Shown piece by piece: positions 35,201-48,249 of a stretch of DNA of 64,000 bases; positions within the stretch are counted from its first letter, which is position 1, and every line of letters starts with the position of its first letter. Under the pieces are notes generated by a model. It was not told the DNA's origin. It saw nothing but the letters and a program-made list of their open reading frames with translations, and searched no databases. Origin of the DNA: Patellaria atrata CBS 101060 (Eukaryota); assembly GCA_010093705.1 (NCBI GenBank), contig MU006098.1, positions 882,666 through 946,665 on the forward strand, in the 5' to 3' direction. A program made the position numbers and the translations under genes.

Positions 35201-36347
35201 CTTGAATTGTAGGGAGAAGTGTGGAAGTGTTGATTATTTGAGAAGATCTTTGTTGTAGAGGTAGGCATTGATGTAGAGCTTGGTAAGTTGTATGGTGAGC
35301 TGGGGAAGGGAAACTTTATAGGCGATCGAGATTCCCTTTCCAAATCGAACTCGTGAGGCCGTGCAGATATCTCGAGGATAACTGTTTGTTGCCTTAGAAG
35401 TGTGTCAACAAAAGAGGCGGGTGAGAGGGTCAGCAGCGTTGCTGCGTGTGGCGAAACTCTGAAGAAATGCAGATATAGACATGTCAGTTACATTAAACAC
35501 TAACTACCGAGTCTGCATGACGCCCACGGCGTTTGGTTTCTGTGAAGAGCAAATTGTGGTTGGCTCACTTCAAGGGCCGTTCTTGAAAGACACAGGTCCA
35601 ATAACTCCATTGTTGCCTCACAAAATTATGCAATATCGTTTCAGCTTTAAAGTACAGCAGCTAAGTATGACCACTAACTGCGGCATACCCTCAGTGCAAA
35701 TAACTTCACAAGATCGAAGGACGCTAATGATAAAAGTCAGATGCGTAACCGTTCTTATGTCACCACTCATCCAGTAGCCGTAGTATGGTCAGTACGAACC
35801 GGATGGAAGGATACTATTCTGAGACGAATAGGAGATAGAAGACCACCGCATGAATTGAGAGTGAGCAACGGACGAAGACGAAGCTGCGACAAGAGTAGAG
35901 AGGCTCGAGTAGATTCAGCCGCAGGTTCATAAATACCACGGGTGCTACACAGTAAAAATATATCTTGAAGTCTGGTAAACTAGAAACAGTTCTGATGTTC
36001 ATAAAGCTTTGTACGGGCATAAACCTGATTTCGCGTAAAGGAACGGTGGAAGTCGTTGGAGACTCAATAAGAGGAGTATGCGAATGAACAGATATGGTGT
36101 ATGGAAAGAGCGTCCTCTAACCACCTCTTACCAAGAAGTGTTGCAAAGGTAATACATTTTGTACATATACGTTATAATCGAACATACCAATCCCGAAGCG
36201 TTTTTACCTAGATATAGCCCGTCCGATGTTCAGCTTTACCTTCAAGTGATTACAATTGTACTTGTACAGTGTCGAAACACCATGAAAACTCCGGACTCGC
36301 TACATAGATTGTAGTCATAGTGTACATGTTTGCGATGGATCAAATCT

Positions 36348-37159
36348 TCAGTAAAAGCCGCGTGGTATATTTCTATCTTCCGCAGGACGAGGTGTACTTC
36401 GTATATCCTTGAATCTCATATCTTTTTCCATAACGGATATTTTCGTTTCATCTCCATCCAGAATCTGACCCTCTTTGACCCCTAGATCGTTAACTACCTC
36501 GTTACGTTTCGGCCTTTCTCGCGCTCGCCAAAGCGCATCTTCTTCCTCAATCTCACGGAGCACTAGAGAACTCAAGTCAGCAAAATCCCAGAACTTTAAA
36601 AGTATTCTTATTATGCAATATACAAACTCTTATCACAAGAACTCATAGTAATTGAAGAAGCGCCAACAGCTGTAGATTGTACGAAAAAACAAAACCCACC
36701 TTCCTCCCACTCTTTCTCTTCCTCCTGAAGCCCCGTACCCAGCAGTCCCCTAACATCCACCTCCTCTCCCTTCTGTACCCTCTCAACGACCTCTCTTAAC
36801 AGTGCTAACTTCGCCTCCGCTTTCCGGCTCATCTTCATGTTCGCATCTTTCACTGCAATCGTATTGATGGCCTGCGAGCCAATTAACAGACCGTAGATAA
36901 TCCACACGGTAGCCGGATTCCAGGGTCGTTTAGCGGATGCGGACTTGGAGATTCGAGAGGGTATTTTGCGTAGGGGGCGTGGTATTATGGCTTGCCATGT
37001 TGCGGGTTGCAGGATTCGCGGTAGTGAGGACGCGGTTTCGAGGGTGCGCGGGGAAGTCGCAAGGGTACGGTAGGAGCTATACGTGAGAAGAGGATAGATG
37101 GGGTGAACACACGATTTGGGTGCTTGTAGTAGGCATTTGATTGGAACGCGTAGTTTCAT
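36348..37159 (-). CDS. DUF5321-like, probably mitochondrial, single-TM protein; 2 exons
   Basis: Basic presequence-like N-terminus (MKLRVPIKCLL...), WNPATVWIIYGLLIGSQAI, KLALLREVVERVQKGEEVDVRGLLGTG..EEKEWEE|VLREIEEED. Confidence 0.78.
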
Positions 37160-37543
37160 GGCGGTACGAAGAGATGGAAATATTAGTGATGGATGCTCCC
37201 GCAGGTTTGAGGTGATAATTTTACGCCACAAGTTGAAAAGAGCACTGCCACAAACCCTCAATTTTAGTTAAGGTTCTAGGTTCAATTTTCTACCTCACGG
37301 AAACTTCGAGCCCTTAGAGGTCTGATCCTGAACAAACAAATGCATTAAATACTACTAATACTACGAGAAGACTACAGGACATCTTCCCTTAAAATGACCG
37401 TTCCAAATTGTGATGACAACCTTGTCGAAATGACACCCTGTAGCGAAAAACCTTCTCTTGGTGCCTCCTGGGCAACTATATACCAAAAAAAAAACAATCA
37501 AATGAAATCAAAATATCAACAGTTGAAAATAGTGCAATTGCGT

Positions 37544-38875
37544 CTACGGCCCACCAACATAGATGGTTAATCTGTCCGGATTCGGAGAAGCGACAAGACC
37601 AGCTGCATTCTCACCGTCAGGGTTGACATCGTCATAAGGGAAAGCATACCCTCTACCCCCGGTCAAGTAGTTGTGTACGATTCGGCTGTAATGGTTGGTC
37701 GGACTCTGTGTGTAATACCTCTCAGAACGGAGACCTGGTTGAACGTTTCCACCTTCGACGAGGAGTGTAGAGCGGACAAAGGCAGCGCAGAGACGAGGAA
37801 CGACCGCACGATGGACGTCATTGTCTCCTCCAGCGATGGCGAAGGGACCCGCATTGCAGCCCCAAATATCTATGGGTTGGGGTTTGGAGTACCCACGGTT
37901 ATCACCATTGCAGTACAGCATGTCCCCAGATGTTCTGCATTCGACGTGACCCGCGGCTGCCTGGGTATTGATAGTCAAAGCTTCATACTGGCATTTATTC
38001 CACACTTGGTCAACATAGCCCTGCCAGTACCCGTCGAACCCATGAGGGTCAATATCGTGGTAGTTTGAGGGAGCAAGAGCACGGATCGGGACACCATTGC
38101 TGTTCGCAAAGCACATCTTACGCCAAGGCCGGCCATCGATGTTGGACTGGGCACTTAGATCGTTGCAAATAGATCGGAGAGAATTTGCGGCTAGTCCAGG
38201 TACATCTTGTATCGACCCGTCTCTTACCCTGAGCTTCATTCCGAGGACCAAGCCAACGAAGTCAACATAACTGATATTGGCCCAAAGTCCACCTTGAGCA
38301 ATATTTGTGAGCTCGACGAAGCCCCAGTTGACACCAGCGCTCGGATCTTGTGGGTTGACATGAGAGGGAGTGACCAGTGTTTCTCCCCAAGAACTAGAAA
38401 CCATGAAGAATTTAAGGTCTCCTTCGGCAAACCAGATACGGCTGGACGAGATGTAATCCGGCAGGTTGATATTGAGCGTACCACCTCGGCCCGTGAGAGG
38501 AATGCTGACGTCTTCGGCTACGGGTATCGGAACTTGAGAACCACGAGCACTAGGGTAAATCCAATTTCCGTTACGGGAAAGGAAAACGACACGGCCGCTG
38601 ACATCGAGACCCGTCACGTAGGCTTTGACGGCGCCACCGCTGAAATTGTTGACGAATGATAGGGGGAGTTGGGCTCCCCTTGCCGCTTTGGGAGGGTTAT
38701 TGATGCCATGGCTGGTGCCGTTGACAAAGGTACCATTGAGAGTATTCTCCTCGGTGATTACGATATCATCGATACCTCCAGGCTGAACAGGGGTCCATTC
38801 TGGATCGGCACGAATCACCAGGGGGCGAGCTATAACAGATCCAACCAGGGCCGCAAGGAATAGAAGCGAACGCAT
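37544..38875 (-). CDS. Glycoside hydrolase family 64 beta-1,3-glucanase, secreted, 443 aa
   Basis: Signal peptide; AYVTG, SSRIWF, NWGFVELT, ANISYVDFVG, PTNHYSRIVH and GYAFPYDDV motifs. Confidence 0.93.
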   Translation of the reverse strand: MRSLLFLAALVGSVIARPLVIRADPEWTPVQPGGIDDIVITEENTLNGTFVNGTSHGINNPPKAARGAQLPLSFVNNFSGGAVKAYVTGLDVSGRVVFLSRNGNWIYPSARGSQVPIPVAEDVSIPLTGRGGTLNINLPDYISSSRIWFAEGDLKFFMVSSSWGETLVTPSHVNPQDPSAGVNWGFVELTNIAQGGLWANISYVDFVGLVLGMKLRVRDGSIQDVPGLAANSLRSICNDLSAQSNIDGRPWRKMCFANSNGVPIRALAPSNYHDIDPHGFDGYWQGYVDQVWNKCQYEALTINTQAAAGHVECRTSGDMLYCNGDNRGYSKPQPIDIWGCNAGPFAIAGGDNDVHRAVVPRLCAAFVRSTLLVEGGNVQPGLRSERYYTQSPTNHYSRIVHNYLTGGRGYAFPYDDVNPDGENAAGLVASPNPDRLTIYVGGP

Positions 38876-41269
38876 ACTGAAAGATAGTAAATAGTAGCTA
38901 GCTGTTTTGAACTAAATGTTGAAAATAAAGGGTGGCAGTATGTGAAAGAATGTATGGCCGGGGCTCACGTTGACACTCAAATCCTAAGTAAAGAATGACA
39001 AAAGACTAATGAGGGACTGAAAAGAAAGGAACGTCTCTATCTTTGAGACTATTACATGGAAAGAAAGTCTATCTGTAGGAGGAAATGAAGGTATTTTTAT
39101 AGCTGGCCCAGACGACAGTCATTCTCATCCTCGACCATCCTCGGAACACGAGCAAAATCAGGTGTGGTTTCAGTTGCATCGTAATGTCTAGGGGCGCGTG
39201 CATATTTGATGCGGGAAGAATTGATACCTATAGGTGAGTTACCCAAGTGGATTGGGTTATGGGGAACAGCTCATTCCAGCGCTACGTTGTGGAGAGAAGG
39301 TATCATCCTCGTACAGTACCTGGAATTTCCAATCGTGACTCCTGGCAGGGTATCTTAAGTAGCAGTACTCTTTCGGCAACCGGATATCGTCTTTGGGACC
39401 AAGGACCAGGCACCGAGCCACCATCATACATACAATATAATTCGATCGTAAGTGATCGCATACGTAAAGAACAACGAGGACTACATGTTTATCTTCTACT
39501 TCCTCGTAGAGATCAAGATTATGTGTCCAGAGCTAAAGTACTCTACATCATGAATGAAAAACCCTCAACAGTAACGCAGCTAAGAGAGAGTAAATTTGCT
39601 GTGAGAAAGAGTAAGGTATTCTTCTTTTCTGATATTATTGCGCACGTGGAGATGGATGTATTCGGTTTCGGTTTTAATCGGCTTCGGTTGGTATTAATAT
39701 TAAAGGATCCCTTTGGTGCCTGGTTAATTCGTGGAGTTACTACCTGTTCCAGTTTAGCGCGTGTTTTCTACCTTCTCCTTTCTTTCCCTCACCCTGTTAC
39801 TTTTGTATCTTTCCGTTTCATCAGCCTTCAAAATCACAAACACATCGTAGAATGAGCCCAAATATGCCACCGTAACACTAGATGCTGCAGCTAATTATCG
39901 AATGCGGGGTAGAATAGCGCTTACAGACGTTAACATATCTTGTTGCAATATCGATCGAAGTTGTTCGATTAGGGAAATGATTGTCGTCATACACCGGGGT
40001 AAATCGACATTCCACTGAATAGATTTGATGTGATGGAAGACACCCGATAGATTGCGGCCCCTTTGATCCGAGGTAATGACGGAACTCAGGGTTAAATGGG
40101 AGTTACATTGGTAGTGTACGAGGGCATATCGCGAACAGTTTGGTTGGCCATTTTGAACTGTCAACCATCAAACATGACAGTATGCGAACCGAGCATTACC
40201 GTGTCGTGTGTGTTATAGACCTATGGTATGAAAGGAATTCAGTTACGCCTGTTATTAATACCTCATAGACGTAAGAGTATGCCGGCAGGTATAGAAGCAC
40301 TGAAGAAGTTAACAATTGCAATGTTAACTGTTGTTCTGACCCAGAGCTTGATATACCTTCCATGTTCCGTTAGAAACTTTCATTTTAGGTGTGGTAGGAG
40401 CTCGTATAGCCACCAACGATTATTCCCCAGACTGCGGAGATATAACCGCCTCGATGCACCAAACGCCACAGTAACCACAGGACCGCAATAATGCAGGAAC
40501 CAGGAACCGTACAGGTACTCGAAGGACCATGTTACATTTGACATTTTATACCCCTGTTTCTCCGCATGTCGGTGCTGCATTGCGGTCCATATTGTAGATT
40601 TTTGTACCTATGAGCACAGAAGTCATAATCCATCCCACAGGTGACTGGAATTAGAATGGGACATGTACGCCCAAACTCACATGTTGTCAGGTGGGCCGAT
40701 CCTACACATTACGGCCTGGTTGCAATCCTGTAGCCGAGGGCGGGAAGGGTGATATAACTGTCTGGGAATTCTTTGACTTGCGGATATGGCGTATCTTGCT
40801 CATTAGGGGCGACCGGTTCTGTGCGAATACTACACAGATAAGTTCACATGCGGGATGCAGCAGAAGGCGGGTTGACAGGGCTTAGAGTGTTGGCGCCCTA
40901 CAGCGTTGTATTGGGGAGAGTGCGATGACTATGTGATAGAAGTACTGGACGGGTTCTTCAGATGCGGTGGTCGGTAAGAACTCGCTTTCAGCTTCCATTT
41001 TTACTCTTTTTATTGGATTCGGAATTAGCTTCAGAGGAATTCGTTCCTCTAAACTTGACAAAAGCGCTGCCTGGCTACAAATATGTCAGTCCTAGGCTCA
41101 AACCAAAGTTTCGGAAGCATATACTGTCAGCACGAAGAGACTACTGAATTGACCCACTTTCAGGCGAAAGTTCTCTATATTACTTTACCGTCACTACCAT
41201 ATTGTTGATATTATCAGGGTGTATGCTTTCTCAATATGTTTGTTCTCTCTTAATATTATTTGGACTTGG

Positions 41270-42014
41270 TCAATACGCCCAAACTGGTGGCACCGGTCCA
41301 GTATAGTTATGTGTACCCAATCCCACAAGCTCAACACAACCAGTCTTATTAAACGCAGGCGTAACAGCGTACAAGGCGGTACTGTTGGAGTTATAAGGAT
41401 TCTCGCAAACCATAATTCCTCCCTTTGTACTATCTCCCGTCGCAAGTCTCCAATTGATAAATCCAGTCGGCGGCTCACAATTATACTTCGGATTATCGGT
41501 GGGGCAGTCAATAAAAGGTTCTTGGTTCACCGGTAAGGCGGTCCAGGCGAAGCCTTGGTATCCCCAGTATGCGTCGTGGGGAATTGAGTGTGAGTGCTGC
41601 ACTGTGATTGAAATCAAACCATCAGCGTGGACGAAGGTATCCTGCCCACCAGGCACGAGAGACGACTGGTAAAGTCCACCATCAGTACCAACAATTCCAC
41701 TAGAATAAAAGGGTAAGGCGCATTCTACATACCGGACGCATTGCGCCGTACCACGCCGTTTGTGTTCCATTGGGACAGCCGCCTTGCTGCCGTACAGACT
41801 CTGGGCAGTAGCCGTACACTCTTTCCCCAAATGCAAGTATTCCTCCTCCTTGAACTTTGAGGCCATTATACAAGCAGCTTCCTGGTGCATAGGCCGTAAC
41901 TGTATTGATATTTGGAAGAGTGTTGTTTGCGTCTTGTCGAATGCTGAGGGGAACAGTATAAGTGACAGCAGACTGTAGTAGGGATGCAAAAGCGAGTGAC
42001 AGCAAAAAAGACAT
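41270..42014 (-). CDS. Secreted cell-wall-type protein (IgE-binding-protein-like), 2 exons
   Basis: Signal peptide; YCPESV..GGCPNGTQT, MRP|SSLVPGGQDTFVHADG..TVQHSHSIP and C-terminal PVWAY. Intron GTATGT..TACTGAT..CAG. Confidence 0.78.
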
Positions 42015-43199
42015 TTTGATACAATACTTCTTGAATAGCGAATGTTGAGGATATAAACGAGCAATTGTTCAAACCTCAAAGTTGTCGCGAACACATCGAG
42101 AGAATAGCAAATTTATAAATCTTGTCCCGCTAATTGAAAGTTGTTCAACGGACATCGTCATCGATAGTGTCCTCGTATCGCATCCTAGCTCCTCACGTTT
42201 GTGCATCCAAATACGGCTTGTAAACATGGGGAATCCAGGAAAACTGTCGTAATCCTGTCCAACGAGGCGAGTGGAATTTCTTGCAAAACCAGCGTGGTCT
42301 GTCGATCGTGATGATCCCTGTTCTATATTTGGTATCAGATTCATTGCGGAGCTCACGAGATACTCATTCCATGTCCATCTTGGAGAGTAGGAGTCCTTGG
42401 TGTGTGGATACGGGTATGTTTCCAATGCGATTAGTCCGATAGGTCTAGTTTGCGAGAAGTGTGATGGAGCAAGAGATGTCAACTACCAAAAACGTCTGTC
42501 AGTACTGCTTGGAAACAGACATAATGTTCCTAGATAGACCCTCTAAAATCATCTCTATGAAGCAGAATACTAGGAACAGTCGAGAACCACAGAGATCGTT
42601 ATTAATGATAAGGTAATTGTACGTATAGTGCAATACGGTAAGGCGTTCACTGCCAGGATCGGTCCTCCTGAGCCTCGACACGCAGACAGACTATCATCCG
42701 GCTTCGGCATTCCATGGAAAGAATGAATTGGAAGAGAGTTCATGTTCATAGTGAAGGGATTTTCCTTTGCCCTTGGCCTTCTCCAGTTCAACGCTGAACC
42801 GAAAGATAGTTATTAGGCTCTAACGGACTCCCGTTATCGATACTGTACTGTATTTCAACCTCACTCCATACCAAGTTTCCCTCCTTCCCTTACCATTTCA
42901 CTTAAAATGCTACCAATAGTATTAATATTGTAGTTACCATCCTCTACACGGTTCAAATCATCGTGTCGATGAATTCTCGCACAGATTTACGCCATGAGGT
43001 CAATGTTGTCTAGAGTCACTCTTCTCCCAATATTTTCCTGTGTCACGGTCTTCGTAGATTGATTGTATGCTGTTGGATGATCCAATCACTAGGATAACCT
43101 CTAATCTGAAGTACTGATAGCTGTATAAGATTATGTACGGCTTGGGTCCTATATAACTTATTTGTAGTTTGTAATCATATCTTGCTACCATATTCAACA

Positions 43200-44979
43200 G
43201 CGGGATCGACGCCCATTTGGAAGAGTAAACGGTACGCATTAGCAAGTTGGCTATGAGCTACTGTGTTTGATCATTTTAAAGTAATATGTGCGCTCTGCTC
43301 ATTACGTCCAGCGGAGTCGTCTCTTTCTAAGAACAACGATAGCGAATGGGATAACAGCTGACATGCGTTTGTATAGATGAGCTTATCTGTAGTCTGATTA
43401 TTGCGTATATCAAAATCGGAGCCCTTTTTTAAAAGCATACATACAGTGGTCTGTAAACAAGGAAAGAATAACCCCTTTCTGGCTTAGGGTCAGCATACAC
43501 TTCACTGCATCTTCCATTCCACAGCAATAGCGGGTATTTTATCCTTCTTGTATGCCATCTTCCTGCGTGAGTAATTGTTTGCAATGCACATCCATCGCTC
43601 GTACAAGGCATCCGGCCGTAGGGAAGGCCCCAATCTATAACTGCCTAAGACGTTATGATCAACTATGAATAGCGTGTAAGAAAGTCTGTCTTCTGAATCA
43701 AAACAGCTGTAGCAATCCCAATACATCTGATTTTTGTCGAAATGAAGAACTTTTCGGGATAAAGATATCTCCTGTAGGGTCCACGCACGATTGTGCAAAG
43801 GTCGATCCTTATCAGGTACTGTACTAGCATTTGTTATGCTATAAGATCTATGGTCCCTGTACCGATCGTATAGGAGTTGTTTGTTTCGCATAAGAGTCTT
43901 CCTGTGTTTGATTTCAAACTGATATGCTGGACTAGGCCCGTAGAAAATACCACCATCGCAGTGAGAAGAACTTGTAGCGGCTATGGACAGATATGAATTC
44001 GCATAGATTGAAGCTATCTGCACCGACTCGTTCTCCCAATCATCTTTATCATCCGGAGAATATCATTAATAACAATTACGAAAGCAACTTGGGTAAACGA
44101 ACATACCTGGACAATGCAAACAGCGTCGACCCATAAGTACTGAATTTCTAGTCGGCGTGAAAGGGAGATCGCATCGGAGATGGTTTTCGGTAGGAGGTCT
44201 ACATCGATCCTTTCCATTTTTTCATATATATTTTCCTTTAACGTCACAGAGCGAATAGTATCACCTCAACAATAACTCAATGTCGTATATCTCCCTTCTT
44301 GTCCATTTGTAACATGGAGCAACGGCGGTGTACTAGCATCTCCAACATCTATTACCCGTGAGGGGAGTCTCGTTCTGCGGGAATCTAGTCTTGCGCAGGA
44401 TGAGTGGTCATTGTCACAACACTTGACCCACTGAAATACTAACCTAAATCGCTCGTCATAAGTGACTTTACTCTGATCTTTTGCCCAAATGGGTCCGTTG
44501 GAGAGCTCATCTGGATATCTATCAATCATCAAAACCCGAAAATTTGTAAGCTTCTGGAGCCTAATTACATGCCGCGTTCTTTGACCCTGTAAAGAAATAT
44601 TGCATCGTTGTAAGCAGAGCTATGGTCGAATCGATGACTTCGATAACGAATATCTCATTCCGATGATGAAGGTGCGCTTGAGTTAATCCATCGGCTGTAT
44701 CCTTCTGTAAGGGTAAACACTGTATATCAGCTGTCTATCCTCGGGTATAGGGTCGATGTTGAGAATTGAATGTAAGATAGCTATGCAAAAGTTGCAGCCT
44801 TCTGCAGAAGAACGCTAAACCTCGTGTAATTGCCTGGATACTAGACTCCCCACAATCTCTGGTGAACTGCTGCAGAAGCCGCATAAAATGGACAATGAGC
44901 ATGTATCATTAAGATCAGGTAGGCATTGACGCTGGTCCAGGAAAGCATTATTCAGTAGATGCTGAGTATGCTTTTGCAT
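43200..44979 (-). pseudogene. Heterokaryon incompatibility (HET-domain) gene, disrupted
   Basis: HET motifs WVKCCDNDH..C, LPSRVIDV, YTTLSYC*G, LPKTISDAI..RRLEIQYLWVDAVCIVQ, IYANSYLSIAA and PLHNRAWTLQE. In-frame stops at 44815-44817 (TAG) and 44266-44268 (TGA replacing the conserved W). The frame is lost after DKIPAIA. The 3' limit is approximate. Confidence 0.85.
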
Positions 44980-45465
44980 CTTCAGGTTAGCGTGACCGTT
45001 GTCGACGTAGAGACGTTAACTAAGAGGTTCCGATATCTGGTCACATAATACGAAAAGATATTGTAAAGGTACTTTTGTACGATAGTGTCGCAGTTGAGGT
45101 CGCTGAAGTTTAATGGTGCGTTAAACCGGATTGGAGCCCTAATTTTATAGCTGCTAACCGAAGAGTTAAAAAACAGCCACCAGCGTACGTTCGTTCACAG
45201 TTCTAGTTCTGAGATGGCTTTAAATATACACTGGTACGGCCGGTCAACATAACGCGTATCAAGCACAAGAGGAGAGGTTCATGCATTTACAGAACCATAG
45301 TGAGATAAAGAACAGTACGAGAAGCGCATAACAAGGAGTGGGGTTAGCAAGGATACAGATGTGATCGTTGTAATGTACCTGTACATACTTATACTTCATG
45401 TGTGCAGTAACTGGATAAGATTTAGACATGAATGTAGTGCAAAACTTCTACATTTTCACGAGCCG

Positions 45466-46911
45466 TCAATATCCCAGCTCTTTATTCACCACGTTGATCA
45501 AGTTCTTGCCTTCACTCAGCCGAGCTAGATTCTGTTCAAACAAGGCCAGTACCCGCTCATTATGATGATTGGAATTCCCGCTAGTGTGAGGTGTAATCAT
45601 CAAATTCTTCGCTTTCCACAATGCATGGTCTTTGGGTAACGGCTCCGGGTCCGTGACATCGATTGCAGCGCCTCTGATCACCTCTTCATTCAAGGCATTT
45701 ATTAGTTCATCAGTATTCACCAATTTACCGCGACCAATATTGACTAGAAATGTCTTTTTGCTGCCTAGGATCTGGAACTGGGGACCTGAAATCATATTTG
45801 TCGTGGTAGGGGTGAGAGGAGTGGCCAGGACAAGGACATCGAGATCTTGGGCTAGAAACTCGTTGATCGCTTCCTTACTGCTACCAGAGAACCATTTGCT
45901 TGGAAGGATTCCGCTAGGGTCACCTATTCCTGATTGCGTGAATGACTCGTCGTGACGTGACTCTGGAGTTGGTCGCGGATGTAGGGTGTAGGCATAGATG
46001 TCCATTGATAGAGCTTTTGCGACACGGGCAATCTGTCGACCGATACAGCCGTAACCCATGATTCCACTAAGATATTTAGAATGACATTCCACTGAAGGTA
46101 TATCGCCCTCCACGTACACCACACTTTTAAATTTTCATTCGCTTACGAACAATGATAAAGTAGCAGCTGGAAATTGCTACTCATCGAGATAATATGCCGT
46201 ACTGAGCTGAGCTTTTACAGTAATAGTATATTGGAAAGATAGCAGTCCATGCAATTGTAATACATCGACAAAGCAACGAAGAAAATGCTAAGAGAGGTAT
46301 TGAAACGGGAGGGATGAAAGATGACTGCTCACATGCGTAAACCGACAGCGTCTTCCACATCTTCGTCTGTCTCAGACCCAATCCAATTGCCAGTTTTCAT
46401 TTGCTCGGTGTAGAAAGGGACTAAGCATGTATGAGCACACTCAGCCTAGCAACGAAAGGAATGAGCTCTTACAATGATGTTGGAATGACAAGAAAGCTGC
46501 TATGACATATTCCGCAATTTGGGGTCTATGAGGGTTAGCAACGCTCTGTATCCGTGGAGAAAAATCATACGCATGTACGCCATTGCTCGTACAGAAGGTA
46601 ATACCCGACTCCTGGAACAGTGGATGACCGACTACATGGTTACAGCCTGCGCTTATAACCTGTACATATGATAATAAGGGAGCTTGTTCTCTAGATGGAA
46701 ATACATTCCAGGTTATTAGAGTCGTGACAATCTTCCATGTCTCTACGGGAAAGTTCTTCTGGGTGTCGATACCACCGAATTCCACTAGGCCTGGTACGAT
46801 AATATTCAAGTCCGGGTGCGCGTCTTGCAATCTACGGCAGTAGGCCACTGATGGTAACCAATCTAGGGTGAAGAGGACGGTTAGGCCCTTCAATGTGGGA
46901 TTGGCAGCCAT
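45466..46911 (-). CDS. D-isomer-specific 2-hydroxyacid dehydrogenase, 4 exons
   Basis: SAGCNH, SNGVHA|PQIAEY, Rossmann GIMGYGCIGRQ, NIGRG, IDVTDPEPLP and catalytic ITPH motifs. Confidence 0.92.
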
Positions 46912-47579
46912 ACGAGCTATCTACAGGTCTGCAATTAGATGGATGCTACGACGCAACCTCATCCAAGTAGTAGGACAATAGGATAGTCTCCAACAGATGT
47001 TGCACTGTTTTTGAAGATGACACCCGCCGCATAGACGTCTTGCACTATAGTAATTAAACCTAAGGTACACAAAGTAGATGTACCGCTTCGTCTGACAAGT
47101 TACTTGAGCATTTCATGATGTAAAGTAAGTGCTTCAATGGACACAGTCGCAACCTCGATGACAAATCTACCTTTTCATTTAAAGTGGCTGTCATGTGATC
47201 ACGCGAAATCTGACTAAAAGGCGCGTCTCCCCACCCATCGTGTTAGCCTGCATCTCCTTCCCATCTCAACTCACCTCATCTCCACAACCGTACGAAGTTT
47301 TTAGTTTCCATCGTTGCACCCAGTTCCACTTCGATGCTTCCTCAATTCAACCTCGACTTCCAAATCCCATTCTACGGCTTGAATCTACAATTTCAGCACT
47401 TCCCCCTTCCCGCCGTTCAACCCGTCCCACCGTTTCTACTACCTATTTCGGCATCTACATCTCCTGCTCCCTCACTATCAAACTCTACCACCAACCGCTC
47501 TTCCTTCCCGTCATCGACATAATCTGTCTACATGAGCTCAACCAATTCTTCCCTCTCCCCTACAACAACCACTTCAACA

Positions 47580-48093
47580 ATGTCCTCCACCAAAGTATCC
47601 GAGTACCAAGCCCGAGTCTACACCCTCCTCCAACAGATCCCAGAAGGACGTATCACATCTTACGCCGCCTTAGCACGGGCGTTGAAGTCTTCTCCTCGAG
47701 CAGTCGGTGGAGCATTGCGACGGAACCCGTTTTGGCCGGAAATACCATGCCATCGATGTATTGCTAGTACCGGGGTAAGGTCTTTCTTTCCTTTTCATCC
47801 CTACTGCCTTGTTTGGCCTCTCCTTTGTCATTTTACTTTCTCCCCTTTTCATTTGTATCTCGTTCTATATTGCATGCTATTCTCTCTTTATCAAAAGGAC
47901 GTAGATCGGGCGTGAATTTCCCGAGCTGACTTTCTTCCAGTACATCGGCGGGTTCATGGGCGATTGGAAAAAAGCTCCAAGCGGAGTTAACGTCGAGAAG
48001 AAACGCAAGCAGTTAGAAGCGGAAGGTGTCCTATTCGACGAGAAAGGCCATCTCGTTGAAAAAGGTAGGTGGTGGGATGATTTCAAACTATAA
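47580..48093 (+). CDS. O6-alkylguanine-DNA alkyltransferase (MGMT C-terminal domain only); exons 47580-47774, 47941-48093
   Basis: IPEGRITSYAALA, SPRAVGGALRRNP and active-site PCHR, then |YIGGF...KRKQLEAEGV.F. An in-frame upstream ATG at 47532 is an alternative start. Confidence 0.9.
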
Positions 48094-48249
48094 GGCCTAA
48101 TCCCTTAGCATAAGGGTTTAGTTGAGCGCGAAGATTGAGATATAAAAAGTAAATAAAAAATTGGACAATAACGATATCAAAGATTCAAAAATACTTAGGT
48201 TATAGCTTACTTTTCATTTAACACCTTGGAGATCGAATTCTTCAGTCAT

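Noticed and set aside
39247..39855. 202-aa plus-strand ORF upstream of GH64
   Set aside because: The called start is GTG, composition is non-coding-like, and no motifs are present; probably promoter DNA.
44266..44268. TGA at a conserved Trp as an A-to-I editing-corrected premature stop
   Set aside because: Known fungal stop-correcting edits act mainly on UAG, and the gene carries additional independent lesions.
46068..46333. Unusually long introns in the dehydrogenase gene (and in the TPR gene, ~50243-50524) as snoRNA or MITE hosts
   Set aside because: No convincing C/D or H/ACA box arrangement or terminal inverted repeats seen by eye.
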